Shown here: positions 8,689-17,933 of the stretch, piece by piece | How positions within the stretch are numbered: the stretch's first letter is position 1 | How the letters are laid out: each line of letters begins with the position of its first letter | Assembly: GCA_022565635.1 (NCBI GenBank) | Contig: JAIUMH010000001.1 | Coordinates: 2,428-66,427 of the forward strand | DNA length: 64,000 nt | Reading direction: 5' to 3' | DNA from: Flavobacteriaceae bacterium | GTDB taxonomy: Bacteria > Bacteroidota > Bacteroidia > Flavobacteriales > Flavobacteriaceae | Position numbers and translations under genes: made by a program | The notes under the pieces: model-generated | What the model was told of the DNA's origin: nothing | Seen by the model: only the letters and a program-made list of their open reading frames with translations | Databases searched by the model: none

Positions 8689-10017
8689 ATGTTTGATAGT
8701 TTAAGTGATAAGTTAGATAATGCATTACATGTACTGAAAGGTCATGGTCAAATAACTGAAGTTAATGTTGCTGAAACGCTAAAAGAAGTAAGACGTGCGT
8801 TAGTTGATGCTGACGTTAATTTCAAGATTGCTAAAAACTTTACAAATACCGTTAAAGAAAAAGCTTTAGGTCAAGACGTATTAAAGTCTTTAAAACCTAA
8901 TCAGTTAATGGTAAAAATTGTAAAGGATGAGCTAACCGAATTAATGGGAGGCGATAGTGAAGGAATTGACTTATCTGGAAAACCGAGTGTTATTTTGATG
9001 TCAGGGTTACAAGGATCAGGTAAAACAACCTTTTCTGGTAAACTGGCTAATTTTTTAAAAAACAAAAAAACAAAAAAACCTCTTTTAGTTGCTTGTGATG
9101 TTTACCGCCCTGCCGCAATAGACCAATTACACGTTGTAGGTGAACAAATTGGAGTTGAGGTTTTCTCTAATAAAGAAGAAAAAAATCCTGTAAAGATTGC
9201 AGAAGCAGCCATTGAACACGCAAAGGCTAACGGTCATAACGTAGTAATTATAGATACAGCTGGACGTTTAGCTGTTGATGAAAAAATGATGAATGAAATT
9301 TCAGACATTCATCAAGCCATCAAGCCACAAGAAACTTTATTTGTTGTTGACTCTATGACTGGTCAAGACGCAGTAAACACTGCAAAAGCATTTAATGATC
9401 GCTTGGACTTTGATGGGGTTATTCTTACCAAATTAGATGGTGATACTCGTGGTGGTGCGGCTATTTCAATTAAATCTGTTGTTGATAAGCCTATCAAATT
9501 TATTGGTACGGGTGAAAAAATGGATGCCATTGATGTTTTCCACCCTTCTAGAATGGCCGACCGTATTTTAGGTATGGGTGACGTGGTTTCTTTAGTAGAA
9601 CGTGCTCAGGAACAATACGATGAAGAAGAGGCTAGAAAAATACAAAAGAAAATTGCCAAAAATAAATTTGGTTTTGATGATTTCTTAAAACAGATTCAGC
9701 AAGTCAAAAAAATGGGGTCTATGAAAGACCTAATGGGCATGATTCCTGGTGCTGGCAAAATGATGAAAAATATGGACATTGATGATGATGCTTTTAAACA
9801 TATTGAAGCCATTATTCATTCCATGACACCCCTAGAAAGAGAAAATCCAAAAATTATTAATGCCTCTAGAAAAAGAAGGATAGGTAAAGGTTCAGGTACA
9901 TCCGTACAGGAGGTTAACCAGCTGTTGAAGCAATTTACTCAGATGAGTAAAATGATGAAAATGATGCAAGGCGGTGGTGGTAAAAAAATGATGCAAATGA
10001 TGAAAAATATGCGTTAA
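8689..10017 (+). CDS. ffh: Signal recognition particle protein Ffh
   Basis: It has the SRP54 GTPase motifs GLQGSGKTT, DTAGR and TKLDGD, plus a Met-rich M domain and tail (MMKMMQGGGGKKMMQMMKNM). Confidence 0.97.
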   Translation: MFDSLSDKLDNALHVLKGHGQITEVNVAETLKEVRRALVDADVNFKIAKNFTNTVKEKALGQDVLKSLKPNQLMVKIVKDELTELMGGDSEGIDLSGKPSVILMSGLQGSGKTTFSGKLANFLKNKKTKKPLLVACDVYRPAAIDQLHVVGEQIGVEVFSNKEEKNPVKIAEAAIEHAKANGHNVVIIDTAGRLAVDEKMMNEISDIHQAIKPQETLFVVDSMTGQDAVNTAKAFNDRLDFDGVILTKLDGDTRGGAAISIKSVVDKPIKFIGTGEKMDAIDVFHPSRMADRILGMGDVVSLVERAQEQYDEEEARKIQKKIAKNKFGFDDFLKQIQQVKKMGSMKDLMGMIPGAGKMMKNMDIDDDAFKHIEAIIHSMTPLERENPKIINASRKRRIGKGSGTSVQEVNQLLKQFTQMSKMMKMMQGGGGKKMMQMMKNMR

Positions 10018-10061
10018 TCTGTGATTTTTATTATATATTTGTACCCATAAATTAATGGACT

Positions 10062-10217
10062 ATGTTTGAATTTCAACAATACTTAGGTTTTTTAGCGTTT
10101 CTGATTATTTTATTAATCGGTTTTTGGTTATTGATTTTTTTAACTGCAATTATTCCTTATTGGATTGGTGGTTCATTAATGGAGCGCCTAAAAGAAGGTA
10201 AAGAAAAGAAAAATGAA
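10062..10217 (+). CDS. Candidate small membrane protein (51 aa), hypothetical
   Basis: An ATG at 10062 opens MFEFQQYLGFLAFLIILLIGFWLLIFLTAIIPYWIGGSLMERLKEGKRKEK. It has one or two hydrophobic helices and a basic tail. It lies between ffh and the terminator at 10263 and is below the ORF-track size cut-off. Confidence 0.25.
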
Positions 10218-10262
10218 GAAAAGGCTTAGTTTAATCGTCTTTTTCTTACTATAATAACAAAA

Positions 10263-10290
10263 GCTCACATAAAATGTGAGCTTTTGTTAT
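10263..10290 (+). terminator. Rho-independent terminator after ffh / the small ORF
   Basis: gctcacat-aaa-atgtgagc is flanked by the extended arms aacaaa/ttttgtt and followed by a T-rich run. Confidence 0.75.
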
Positions 10291-10450
10291 TTATGAAACT
10301 TTCATTCAACCAAACCTACCTCTGGTTCAAAAACATGGACTTGTATTTTTATACACTAAGGACTTATACATAACCTACAGTTAATTAATAAAGCCCCCAT
10401 TTTTACGATTTGACATAATTGCTATGTGAGGTAAATAAAGGATATTCGAT

Positions 10451-10481
10451 AAAAAAAGACCTAACTTGATTAAGCAGGTCT
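10451..10481 (-). terminator. Rho-independent terminator after the 830-aa TonB-dependent receptor
   Basis: On the plus strand, aaaaaaa precedes agacct..(13 nt)..aggtct. On the minus strand this reads as a hairpin followed by a U-run, 46 nt after the stop at 10527. Confidence 0.6.
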
Positions 10482-10526
10482 TTATTGTTTATGTAAATTA
10501 ATGAAAGATACTTACTTTAAAACATA

Positions 10527-13019
10527 TTAAAAGCCTCCATCGTCATCAAAATCACCACCATCTTTTTTTCCATTTCTTTTCTTCTGTTGATTAAAACGAT
10601 ATACAATAGAAGCGGTTATTTGTCTTACTCGCCATTGAAATTCATTTTCTGAAGTAAACAACAACTCACCATCAGCATTCAGCGCACGTGTAGATTGTAT
10701 TCTTCTTCTTGAATTGAATACATCTCTTACATTAAACGAAATGGTAGCATTATCATTCAAAATATCTTTACTAAATGCTAAATCTAAAGATAGAATAGGA
10801 TCAGTTTTGGTTTGAGCATTTTCTAGTGGTCCACGGTAAAAACCATTGGTTTGCCAATTGATTCCCCAGGGCAATTCAACCCTAGAACTTAATCTACCAA
10901 ACCAACTTAAGTTCGTGGCACCAAAATCAACCCCTCTAAACTCTCCTCGACTTTCAAATCTAAAGTAATTAAAGCTACCGTTGAATCTAATTTTTTTAGC
11001 AGGATTATAGAGCACACCAAGCTCACCCCCTATTCTTTCATTCACAGACAAGTTAATTGGTCTATTAATAATCACGTTAATTCCATCTTGAGTAATAATA
11101 CCTAGATCTTCCTGTATACGCTCAAAAGAATCCTCTTCTCTTTGGTAATAAACAGAACCCGTTAAAGTAACTTTATCCCATTTTTTTAAATAACCTAAAT
11201 CAACGGCATCTGCAAATGCGGGTCTTAAACTTGGATTACCTTGAAAAATATTCGTTCTACTTGTTCGTGAAGGAAAGGGATTAATAAACCAATTTCTAGG
11301 TCGGTTTATTCTTCGGTTATAGCCTAAAGTAACTTCAGATTCATCGGGAAGCTCATAAATTAAGTTTACTGTTGGAAAAAAGTTACTAAATCGGTTATCA
11401 AAATCAGTTTCAACTTCGCCATCGGGATAAAATTGTTCTAAGCTAGACAGATCATCTAACAAAGGAGTAGTTTGTCCCTTCAACTGGGTATATTCATAAC
11501 GCAAACCAAGCAAGAATGAAAAATTATCGCCAATTTTATCACCGTATTGTACATAACTTGCTGTTACATTTTCATTGTAATTAAAAATATTAGACAAGTT
11601 ATCTTGAATGAGGTTGGATGGATTCTCCTCTTCTCCAAGAAAAAGTTCAAAACGTGTTCTATTATCATTATAATCACCTCTAAAACCAGCCTCAAATTGT
11701 CCATTCTCACCAACAGGTCTAACATAATCTGCCTGAATTAAATAACCAATTTCATTACGTTTATCAAAAATCTGTTCTTGAGCTAATAAAAAGTCATCTT
11801 CACCTTGAATGGTAAATTGATTTTCTACAATATTCACTTCTTCGTCTCGATTTCTCCAAGAAACTTGGGCATCTACTTCTAACTTATGGTCTCTATTGTC
11901 CTTGTCAAAAATCTTTCTATAGTTTACAGAGGTCTGATAACGATTATCCGAACGGTCTTCTAATTCTTCTCTTAAAGTAGAACTATCAAATTCATTACCA
12001 ATAAATCGATCAGTTAAATTTTCGTTTAAGTATTCTCTATTTCCTGGTCTAGCGTATATAGAATAAGTGATCGACTCCTCATCAGAAATAAAATATTCAG
12101 CACCCGCGTTAATTGAAAAATTTTCAATATCTCTGTTATACTGTCTGTCTTCTACAATACGATCAAAAGAACCCGAAGTAAAGGTGTTATCAAATTGTGC
12201 GTTTCCTGGTGGCTTTCTTCTAGCATACGTCAACGTGCTAAAAATATTAAATTTTTCAGTTCGAAGATTACCATTTAAAGTCACACCATTATTAAGAGGA
12301 GTACCTGTAGTTAATTGTGCTGAGCCATTAAAACCCAATGTACGATCTCTTTTTAAAATAATATTGATAATGCCTGCTGTACCTTCAGCATCATATCTTG
12401 CAGATGGAGAAGAAATCACCTCAACACGCTCAATGGCTTCTGCTGGAAGTTGTTGAAGTACATCTTGGTCTCCAAATCCAGCTAAAGTAGATGGCTTACC
12501 ATTAATTAAAATACGAACATTTTCATTTCCTCTTAAACTAATGGTACCATCTACATCAGCAGAAACAGAAGGCACATTATTAAGTGCGTCACTAACCGTA
12601 CCTCCACTTATAGTTAAATCCTTTCCAATATTATAAATACGTTTGTCTAATTTCACTTCAACTTCAGTCTTTTCTGCAACCACATTAACCTCATCTAAAA
12701 CATCTACTTGAGATTGTAATTCTATAGTACCAAAATCTAAGTTTTGATCAACTTTCACATTTTTGAAAACACGAGGTTCAAATGAGATAAACTCTATTTT
12801 TAGTGTATATATACCTTGCGGAGCTTCTAACATGAATTTTCCTTCCATGTCAGTAATACCACCATCCACAACATTATCATTAGCTGGATTAATGATACTG
12901 ACCGATGCCATTTCTAATTCAAAGCCTTGGTCATCAACAACCTTACCAGTTATATCAAATTCTTGAGCAAAAGTTGAAACTCCAATTAAAAAAGCGAAAA
13001 TTAAATATGCGTAGTTCAC
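10527..13019 (-). CDS. TonB-dependent outer-membrane receptor with an N-terminal carboxypeptidase-regulatory-like domain
   Basis: 830 aa. It has a signal peptide ending in FAQ and a CarbopepD_reg-like start (ITGKVVDDQGFELEMASVSI). A plug region follows (ISLRGNENVRILINGKP), then a long beta-barrel with an aromatic C-terminal residue. The start codon is GTG. Confidence 0.85.
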   Translation of the reverse strand: MNYAYLIFAFLIGVSTFAQEFDITGKVVDDQGFELEMASVSIINPANDNVVDGGITDMEGKFMLEAPQGIYTLKIEFISFEPRVFKNVKVDQNLDFGTIELQSQVDVLDEVNVVAEKTEVEVKLDKRIYNIGKDLTISGGTVSDALNNVPSVSADVDGTISLRGNENVRILINGKPSTLAGFGDQDVLQQLPAEAIERVEVISSPSARYDAEGTAGIINIILKRDRTLGFNGSAQLTTGTPLNNGVTLNGNLRTEKFNIFSTLTYARRKPPGNAQFDNTFTSGSFDRIVEDRQYNRDIENFSINAGAEYFISDEESITYSIYARPGNREYLNENLTDRFIGNEFDSSTLREELEDRSDNRYQTSVNYRKIFDKDNRDHKLEVDAQVSWRNRDEEVNIVENQFTIQGEDDFLLAQEQIFDKRNEIGYLIQADYVRPVGENGQFEAGFRGDYNDNRTRFELFLGEEENPSNLIQDNLSNIFNYNENVTASYVQYGDKIGDNFSFLLGLRYEYTQLKGQTTPLLDDLSSLEQFYPDGEVETDFDNRFSNFFPTVNLIYELPDESEVTLGYNRRINRPRNWFINPFPSRTSRTNIFQGNPSLRPAFADAVDLGYLKKWDKVTLTGSVYYQREEDSFERIQEDLGIITQDGINVIINRPINLSVNERIGGELGVLYNPAKKIRFNGSFNYFRFESRGEFRGVDFGATNLSWFGRLSSRVELPWGINWQTNGFYRGPLENAQTKTDPILSLDLAFSKDILNDNATISFNVRDVFNSRRRIQSTRALNADGELLFTSENEFQWRVRQITASIVYRFNQQKKRNGKKDGGDFDDDGGF

Positions 13020-13239
13020 AGTTATTTTTTATAAGTAAGACCATATGGAACTAGCTTGGTTTAAAGCGGATGAGTTAAAACTAAGTTAAGGCAAAAAAAA
13101 CACTTACATATCTGACACTTAATTAACGTAAAGGTTGAATTATTTTTATGAAAAACAACATCTAAAACGCGAGCGTTGAGTTATATTTAATTTATTAAGA
13201 CTTAGTACAATAACCCTGAAGTCCCTAAATTATATAATT

Positions 13240-16200
13240 TTACTTTACAATCTTTTTTGATTTAGCCTTATAAAATTTCTTGTATTTTTTAAATGCAAAA
13301 TGACCTAAAACCAACCATAGTATTAAACTACCAAAGATAAATTGATAGCTGATAATTTGATCACCACTAGCATAGGAATGTAATCCTGTAAGATAAAAAT
13401 TTACTCCAAAATAAGTCATTAAAATAGAACCAAAAGCAATAATTGAAGCCCAATTGAAGGCAAATAAACCGCGTAAACCTGGTACCAAGCGCATATGAAT
13501 CACAAAAGCATAGACAAAAATACTAATTAATGCCCAAGTTTCTTTGGGATCCCAGCCCCAGTATCTTCCCCAGCTTTCATTAGCCCATTGTCCTCCTAAG
13601 AAATTTCCGATAGTTAGCATAATTAAACCAACTGTTAGCGCTATTTCATTAATATAAGTAAGCTCTTGTATATTTAATTTCATTTTTTTCTGATTAGAAG
13701 AATTTGTAGCTAACATTAAAAATAACGCTAATATACCAATAATACATCCTAACAAAAACGGACCATAGCTACCTACAATTACAGCCACATGAATCATTAA
13801 CCAATACGAGTCTAAAACAGGTTGTAAAGTAGAAATACTTGGATCTAACCAATTTAAATGAGCTACCCAAAGCACAATAGCCGTTACAAATGCAGTAGAG
13901 GCAAGTGTTAATTCGCTTTTTCTTCCAAAGGCAAAGCCAAAAAACATTGATGCCCAGGCTACATAAATCATACTTTCATAAGCATTACTCCAGGGTGCGT
14001 GACCAGATATATACCATCGTGCAACAAGACCAACTGTGTGAGCTATGAATAGTAAAATCAAGATAGCTTTAGTAGAAAAAATCAGATACTTAATGACTTT
14101 GTTCTTTTCCTTAAAGATTTTAAATAGGACTGCAATAATCATTATCAAACCTATCAACAAATAGTATTTATACAACTGATTAAAAATGTCAATTTCATTG
14201 TATAAAATTTCAGTTTTTATTTTGCTCTCTTCAGGTATAACTTGATATCCGTGTTTGTTTTGGAAGCCACTAATAATATTCAACAACTCTTCTGGTTGTT
14301 CATAATTATTGTTTTCTTTAGCTATTTGAAGTGTTTCCATATATAAAGGAAATACGTTGTGTACAATAACTGAATCTTTATCAACAAAAAACACTTCTTC
14401 TTCTTCATCTCTTATTTCAGGTATAGAAACCCAACGGTTAGTTGGACTACCAGGTACAGGGAAAATTCTTAAAAAATTACCTTGCAAGGTGTTGTACAAT
14501 AAATTAACACGTTCATCTGCTTCAATAAAATCTTTCTGAAACTGGTTAGGGACCTGTGCTTGGTATGCGTCTTCTAAAAAAGGAGAAAGTTTATAGGAGC
14601 CATCTGAACCAAAAAAATCGGTTAGAGCAACATGCTTTATCCCTTTATCAATTCCAAGAACCTTATGAATAGAATCATTTTTTGGCTGTAGGTAAATAAC
14701 TGGTGCAGGGTACCAGTTGTTAGGGTTTTCAATCATTGAAATCAATACTTGGTCTGGAGTTAAACCTGCATAGTCATTTGACCTTCTCAACTTTCTCAGC
14801 AATTGAGAGGAGTAGGTATTTATTGGCTTCATTCTACCTCCATAATCCTGAATAACTAAATTACCAAATTTTTTAGCATGCGCTTTATCAACAGCATTTT
14901 CTCTTAGCAACTTCTCTAGCGCTTCTCCGTCTGCCCTTGGTATAGCTTGGTTAGAATGAGTTTCTGCCATTTCTTCCTGATCAACATCGTTTACCGAAGG
15001 AATGGTATCATTGTTAGTTTGGGCAAAGGAATTTAACCCCAAAAACAAAATAAATATACTTGTTAATTGTGCTTTTTTCTTTTTCACTTTATCTATTTTC
15101 TTTCTTAATTCACCAAATCTTGAATTCCTATCAAACATAATAGCCATCAGTCCGAAGTAGAGTAAAAAATATCCTATATAAGTAATCCAAGTTCCCCACC
15201 AATCTTTATTTACACTCAAAACAGTTCCGCGCTCATCTGGATCAAATGAGGCTTGAAAAAATCGATAGCCACTGTGATCTAAGACATGATTCATAAAAAT
15301 ATCATAGTCGTATGAGTTTGCACCATCAACCACCTCTACTTTACTCATGTAAGATTTATAACTTGGTTGAGAGCGGTCTTCAGTACCTGGGTGTTTCTCT
15401 GCAATAAATTCATTTAATTTTAAAGAAAATGGCAATTCTAATTCTTTACTTCCATACCTTAAATGCACTTCAAAACCTCCTACTTCAACTTTTTCTAAAT
15501 CTTCTAAAACACCTTTCCCCCCTAACATAGAAACTATTTCAGAGTCTCCACCTGAACTAACCTTGATACGAACACCATCGGGTGTGTTTTGACCTGGGCG
15601 CTCTTCTTTAACAATATCATACCTAGCCTTTACAGCTTCTTCAGGAAAAACAATCTGCATTCCACCAATATTGTAAAGTGATCTTAATTGTAGTTCTTGT
15701 ATACTATCAGCTACCAACATTCCTTTAGACTGGTCTGCCATTTTCATGTATTCTCCTTGAAAAGGAGACTCTATAGTATATCCTGTAGCATTAGTACCAT
15801 TTATATTTACAGCACCGTCTGTACGCTTATTAAAAGCAAATAAAACATTGCTGATATTAGCCACTTGCCCACTTCTTAAAAATCGGTCTTGCCGTTGACC
15901 TGTACTTGCTGTTTCAACAAGTTTTAAATAATAATCACCTTCTTCATCTTCTACTAAATCATCTTTAGCTTGATGAATAAAATCCACTACTTCAAAATTA
16001 ACAGGAACGCCATTAAAAGCAGTTTTTACAACTTGATTATTATTGATTTTAGGAGCTAACATCATTTTATGATGCTGTTTTAAACGTTTTGGTTCACCCT
16101 CAATTTCACCATAGATGACTGTAGTTAAAAAAGTTTTTTCAGAGAGCATTGTGTTGGCAACTTCTCCTTCTCTAATTGGCATAATCCCCTCATAACCAAT

Positions 16201-16497
16201 ATATCTAGTTACCCAGGCTCCTACTAATATCAAAATAAAAGAAAGATGTAAAATTAAGGTTGTCCAGCGCTTTTTGCTTAAAAGTTTGTATCTAAAGATA
16301 TTCCCCACAAAATTAATAACAAAAAAAACCATAATTACTTCAAACCACCAAGCATCATAAATCCACTTTCTAGCGGTTAAAGTGGTGTAGGAATTTTCTA
16401 CAAAGGTTCCTACCGCCATGGCAACAGCGTAAATTATAAATAGAACAGCCATCAATCTTGTAGAAAAGAGAATTTCAGCTATTTTCTTTTGAATCAT
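13240..16497 (-). CDS. ccsA: Cytochrome c biogenesis protein, fused ResB(CcsB)-CcsA (system II)
   Basis: It has a ResB-like N-terminal half. The C-terminal CcsA half carries the Trp-rich heme-handling motif WGRYWGWDPKETW and conserved His residues. The ORF-track TTG at 16518 lies inside the -7 box, so I used the ATG at 16495-16497 (MIQKKIAEILF). Confidence 0.9.
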   Translation of the reverse strand: MIQKKIAEILFSTRLMAVLFIIYAVAMAVGTFVENSYTTLTARKWIYDAWWFEVIMVFFVINFVGNIFRYKLLSKKRWTTLILHLSFILILVGAWVTRYIGYEGIMPIREGEVANTMLSEKTFLTTVIYGEIEGEPKRLKQHHKMMLAPKINNNQVVKTAFNGVPVNFEVVDFIHQAKDDLVEDEEGDYYLKLVETASTGQRQDRFLRSGQVANISNVLFAFNKRTDGAVNINGTNATGYTIESPFQGEYMKMADQSKGMLVADSIQELQLRSLYNIGGMQIVFPEEAVKARYDIVKEERPGQNTPDGVRIKVSSGGDSEIVSMLGGKGVLEDLEKVEVGGFEVHLRYGSKELELPFSLKLNEFIAEKHPGTEDRSQPSYKSYMSKVEVVDGANSYDYDIFMNHVLDHSGYRFFQASFDPDERGTVLSVNKDWWGTWITYIGYFLLYFGLMAIMFDRNSRFGELRKKIDKVKKKKAQLTSIFILFLGLNSFAQTNNDTIPSVNDVDQEEMAETHSNQAIPRADGEALEKLLRENAVDKAHAKKFGNLVIQDYGGRMKPINTYSSQLLRKLRRSNDYAGLTPDQVLISMIENPNNWYPAPVIYLQPKNDSIHKVLGIDKGIKHVALTDFFGSDGSYKLSPFLEDAYQAQVPNQFQKDFIEADERVNLLYNTLQGNFLRIFPVPGSPTNRWVSIPEIRDEEEEVFFVDKDSVIVHNVFPLYMETLQIAKENNNYEQPEELLNIISGFQNKHGYQVIPEESKIKTEILYNEIDIFNQLYKYYLLIGLIMIIAVLFKIFKEKNKVIKYLIFSTKAILILLFIAHTVGLVARWYISGHAPWSNAYESMIYVAWASMFFGFAFGRKSELTLASTAFVTAIVLWVAHLNWLDPSISTLQPVLDSYWLMIHVAVIVGSYGPFLLGCIIGILALFLMLATNSSNQKKMKLNIQELTYINEIALTVGLIMLTIGNFLGGQWANESWGRYWGWDPKETWALISIFVYAFVIHMRLVPGLRGLFAFNWASIIAFGSILMTYFGVNFYLTGLHSYASGDQIISYQFIFGSLILWLVLGHFAFKKYKKFYKAKSKKIVK

Positions 16498-16515
16498 AAC
16501 AAAAAATTTGAATGA

Positions 16516-16523
16516 CAAAGATA
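16516..16523 (-). promoter_or_regulatory. -7 box (TAnnTTTG on the minus strand) for the ccsBA gene
   Basis: Plus-strand caaagata corresponds to minus-strand TATCTTTG, 18 nt upstream of the ATG at 16497. Confidence 0.45.
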
Positions 16524-16659
16524 CTCAAAAACCAATGATTTTTGATAGGTTTACTATCAATCTAACTTATAAGTCTATGTTAATTTTGAATCAATCAAAA
16601 TAAGTCATAAAATCATAGATTTCTTTCAAATAATAAGTGTTTCGTTGCTTGGAAAAAAT

Positions 16660-16667
16660 TACCTTTG
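16660..16667 (+). promoter_or_regulatory. -7 box for the DUF2520 gene
   Basis: TACCTTTG ends 5 nt before the ATG at 16673, which suggests a leaderless or near-leaderless transcript. Confidence 0.4.
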
Positions 16668-16672
16668 TGTTT

Positions 16673-17437
16673 ATGAAAACAATAAGCATTTTTGGAACTG
16701 GCAATGTTGCTTTTCACATGATTAAGGCTATTTCATTGTTGAAAAATTATAAAATCCTTCAAGTGTATGGTCGAAGTGAACAAAAACACTACGACTTTTC
16801 AAATGAATTTAATTTTGACCTCAAGACCACTTCAGACCTAAACGAGATTCAACCTGCTGATTTTTATTTGGTATGTATTAAAGATGATGCTATTGAAGAA
16901 TTTATAGAAAAAATTGCTCGACCAAATATAATCTGCATGCATACTTCAGGAAGTCTTCCTCTTTTGGATAAAAATTGCAAAAACGCTGTATTCTATCCGC
17001 TTCAAACCTTCAGCAAATCAAGTGAATTGAATTATGCTGAAATCCCTTTTTGTATTGAAGCAACAGAGGAGGATGTTTTTACAAAAGTAGAAGAACTTGC
17101 TTTGGCTATTTCAGACAGTGTTTTTTCAATTTCAACGGAACAAAGACGTTCATTACATGTTTCTGCTGTTTTTGTTTGCAACTTCGTCAATCATCTATAT
17201 TCCCTTGGTGAAGAAATATGCAAAGAAAAAGGCGTTCCTTTTGAGATTTTAAAACCTCTAATTAAAGAGACCGCATCTAAAGTACAACAAATTTCACCTA
17301 CAGAGGCACAAACTGGTCCAGCTAAAAGAAATGATCAAAACACCATACAGTCTCATCTAAGACAACTGTCAGGTAAAGACCAGAAAAACGTTTACCAACT
17401 ACTCACAAATTCAATTTTAAACACCTATGGATACTAA
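16673..17437 (+). CDS. Rossmann-like / DUF2520 domain protein
   Basis: MKTISIFGTGNVA is a dinucleotide-binding motif. The HVSAVFVCNFVNHL and QTGPAKRND blocks are typical of DUF2520. I moved the start from the GTG at 16637 to the ATG at 16673. Confidence 0.8.
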   Translation: MKTISIFGTGNVAFHMIKAISLLKNYKILQVYGRSEQKHYDFSNEFNFDLKTTSDLNEIQPADFYLVCIKDDAIEEFIEKIARPNIICMHTSGSLPLLDKNCKNAVFYPLQTFSKSSELNYAEIPFCIEATEEDVFTKVEELALAISDSVFSISTEQRRSLHVSAVFVCNFVNHLYSLGEEICKEKGVPFEILKPLIKETASKVQQISPTEAQTGPAKRNDQNTIQSHLRQLSGKDQKNVYQLLTNSILNTYGY

Positions 17438-17933
17438 TTACAAACACCTTTTAAACGATATAAAATGCTTTGTCTTTGATGTAGATGGAGTGCTAACAAA
17501 TGGATCGCTTCAAATTTCTGAAAACGGACAGTTACTTAGAACAATGAATGTAAAAGATGGTTTTGCGCTTAAATATGCCATTGAAAAAGGCTACGAAGTG
17601 TGCATTATTTCAGGAGGGAAAAATGAAGGTGTAAAAAGAAGATTAAAAGCTTTAGGTATTACCAATGTTTATTTGGGTGTTCATGATAAAGTTGAAGTCT
17701 TAGATGAGTTTTTAGATGTTTACGGCTATCACAGAAATCAAGTGGCTTACATGGGAGATGATATTCCCGATTTATACCCCATGAAAGAGGTGAAATTAGC
17801 TACCTGCCCACAGGATGCAGTACCCGAAGTAAAAGCTGTTGCACATTACATCTCGCACAAAAAAGGAGGAGAGAATTGTGTTCGTGACTTAATTGAACAA
17901 GTGTTGAAAGTGCAAGGCAATTGGCAATCTTAA
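17427..17933 (+). CDS. kdsC: HAD-IIIA phosphatase, KDO 8-phosphate phosphatase (KdsC)-like
   Basis: It has HAD motif I (FVFDVDGVLT), motif III/IV (GDDIPD) and the KdsC-like size of 168 aa. Confidence 0.75.
   Translation: MDTNYKHLLNDIKCFVFDVDGVLTNGSLQISENGQLLRTMNVKDGFALKYAIEKGYEVCIISGGKNEGVKRRLKALGITNVYLGVHDKVEVLDEFLDVYGYHRNQVAYMGDDIPDLYPMKEVKLATCPQDAVPEVKAVAHYISHKKGGENCVRDLIEQVLKVQGNWQS

Noticed and set aside
10291-10450. Non-coding stretch between the ffh terminator and the receptor-gene terminator, checked for a tRNA, riboswitch or SRP RNA
   Set aside because: It has no cloverleaf-compatible stems, no conserved SRP RNA motif and no extended complementary segments. Only a 26-codon ORF without context is present.
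11547-12966. Plus-strand ORFs of 64-129 aa inside the 830-aa TonB-dependent receptor gene, plus similar antisense ORFs inside eno, rpoA, rpsD, fusA, lysA and others
   Set aside because: They are embedded antisense in strongly supported genes and have no recognisable motifs.
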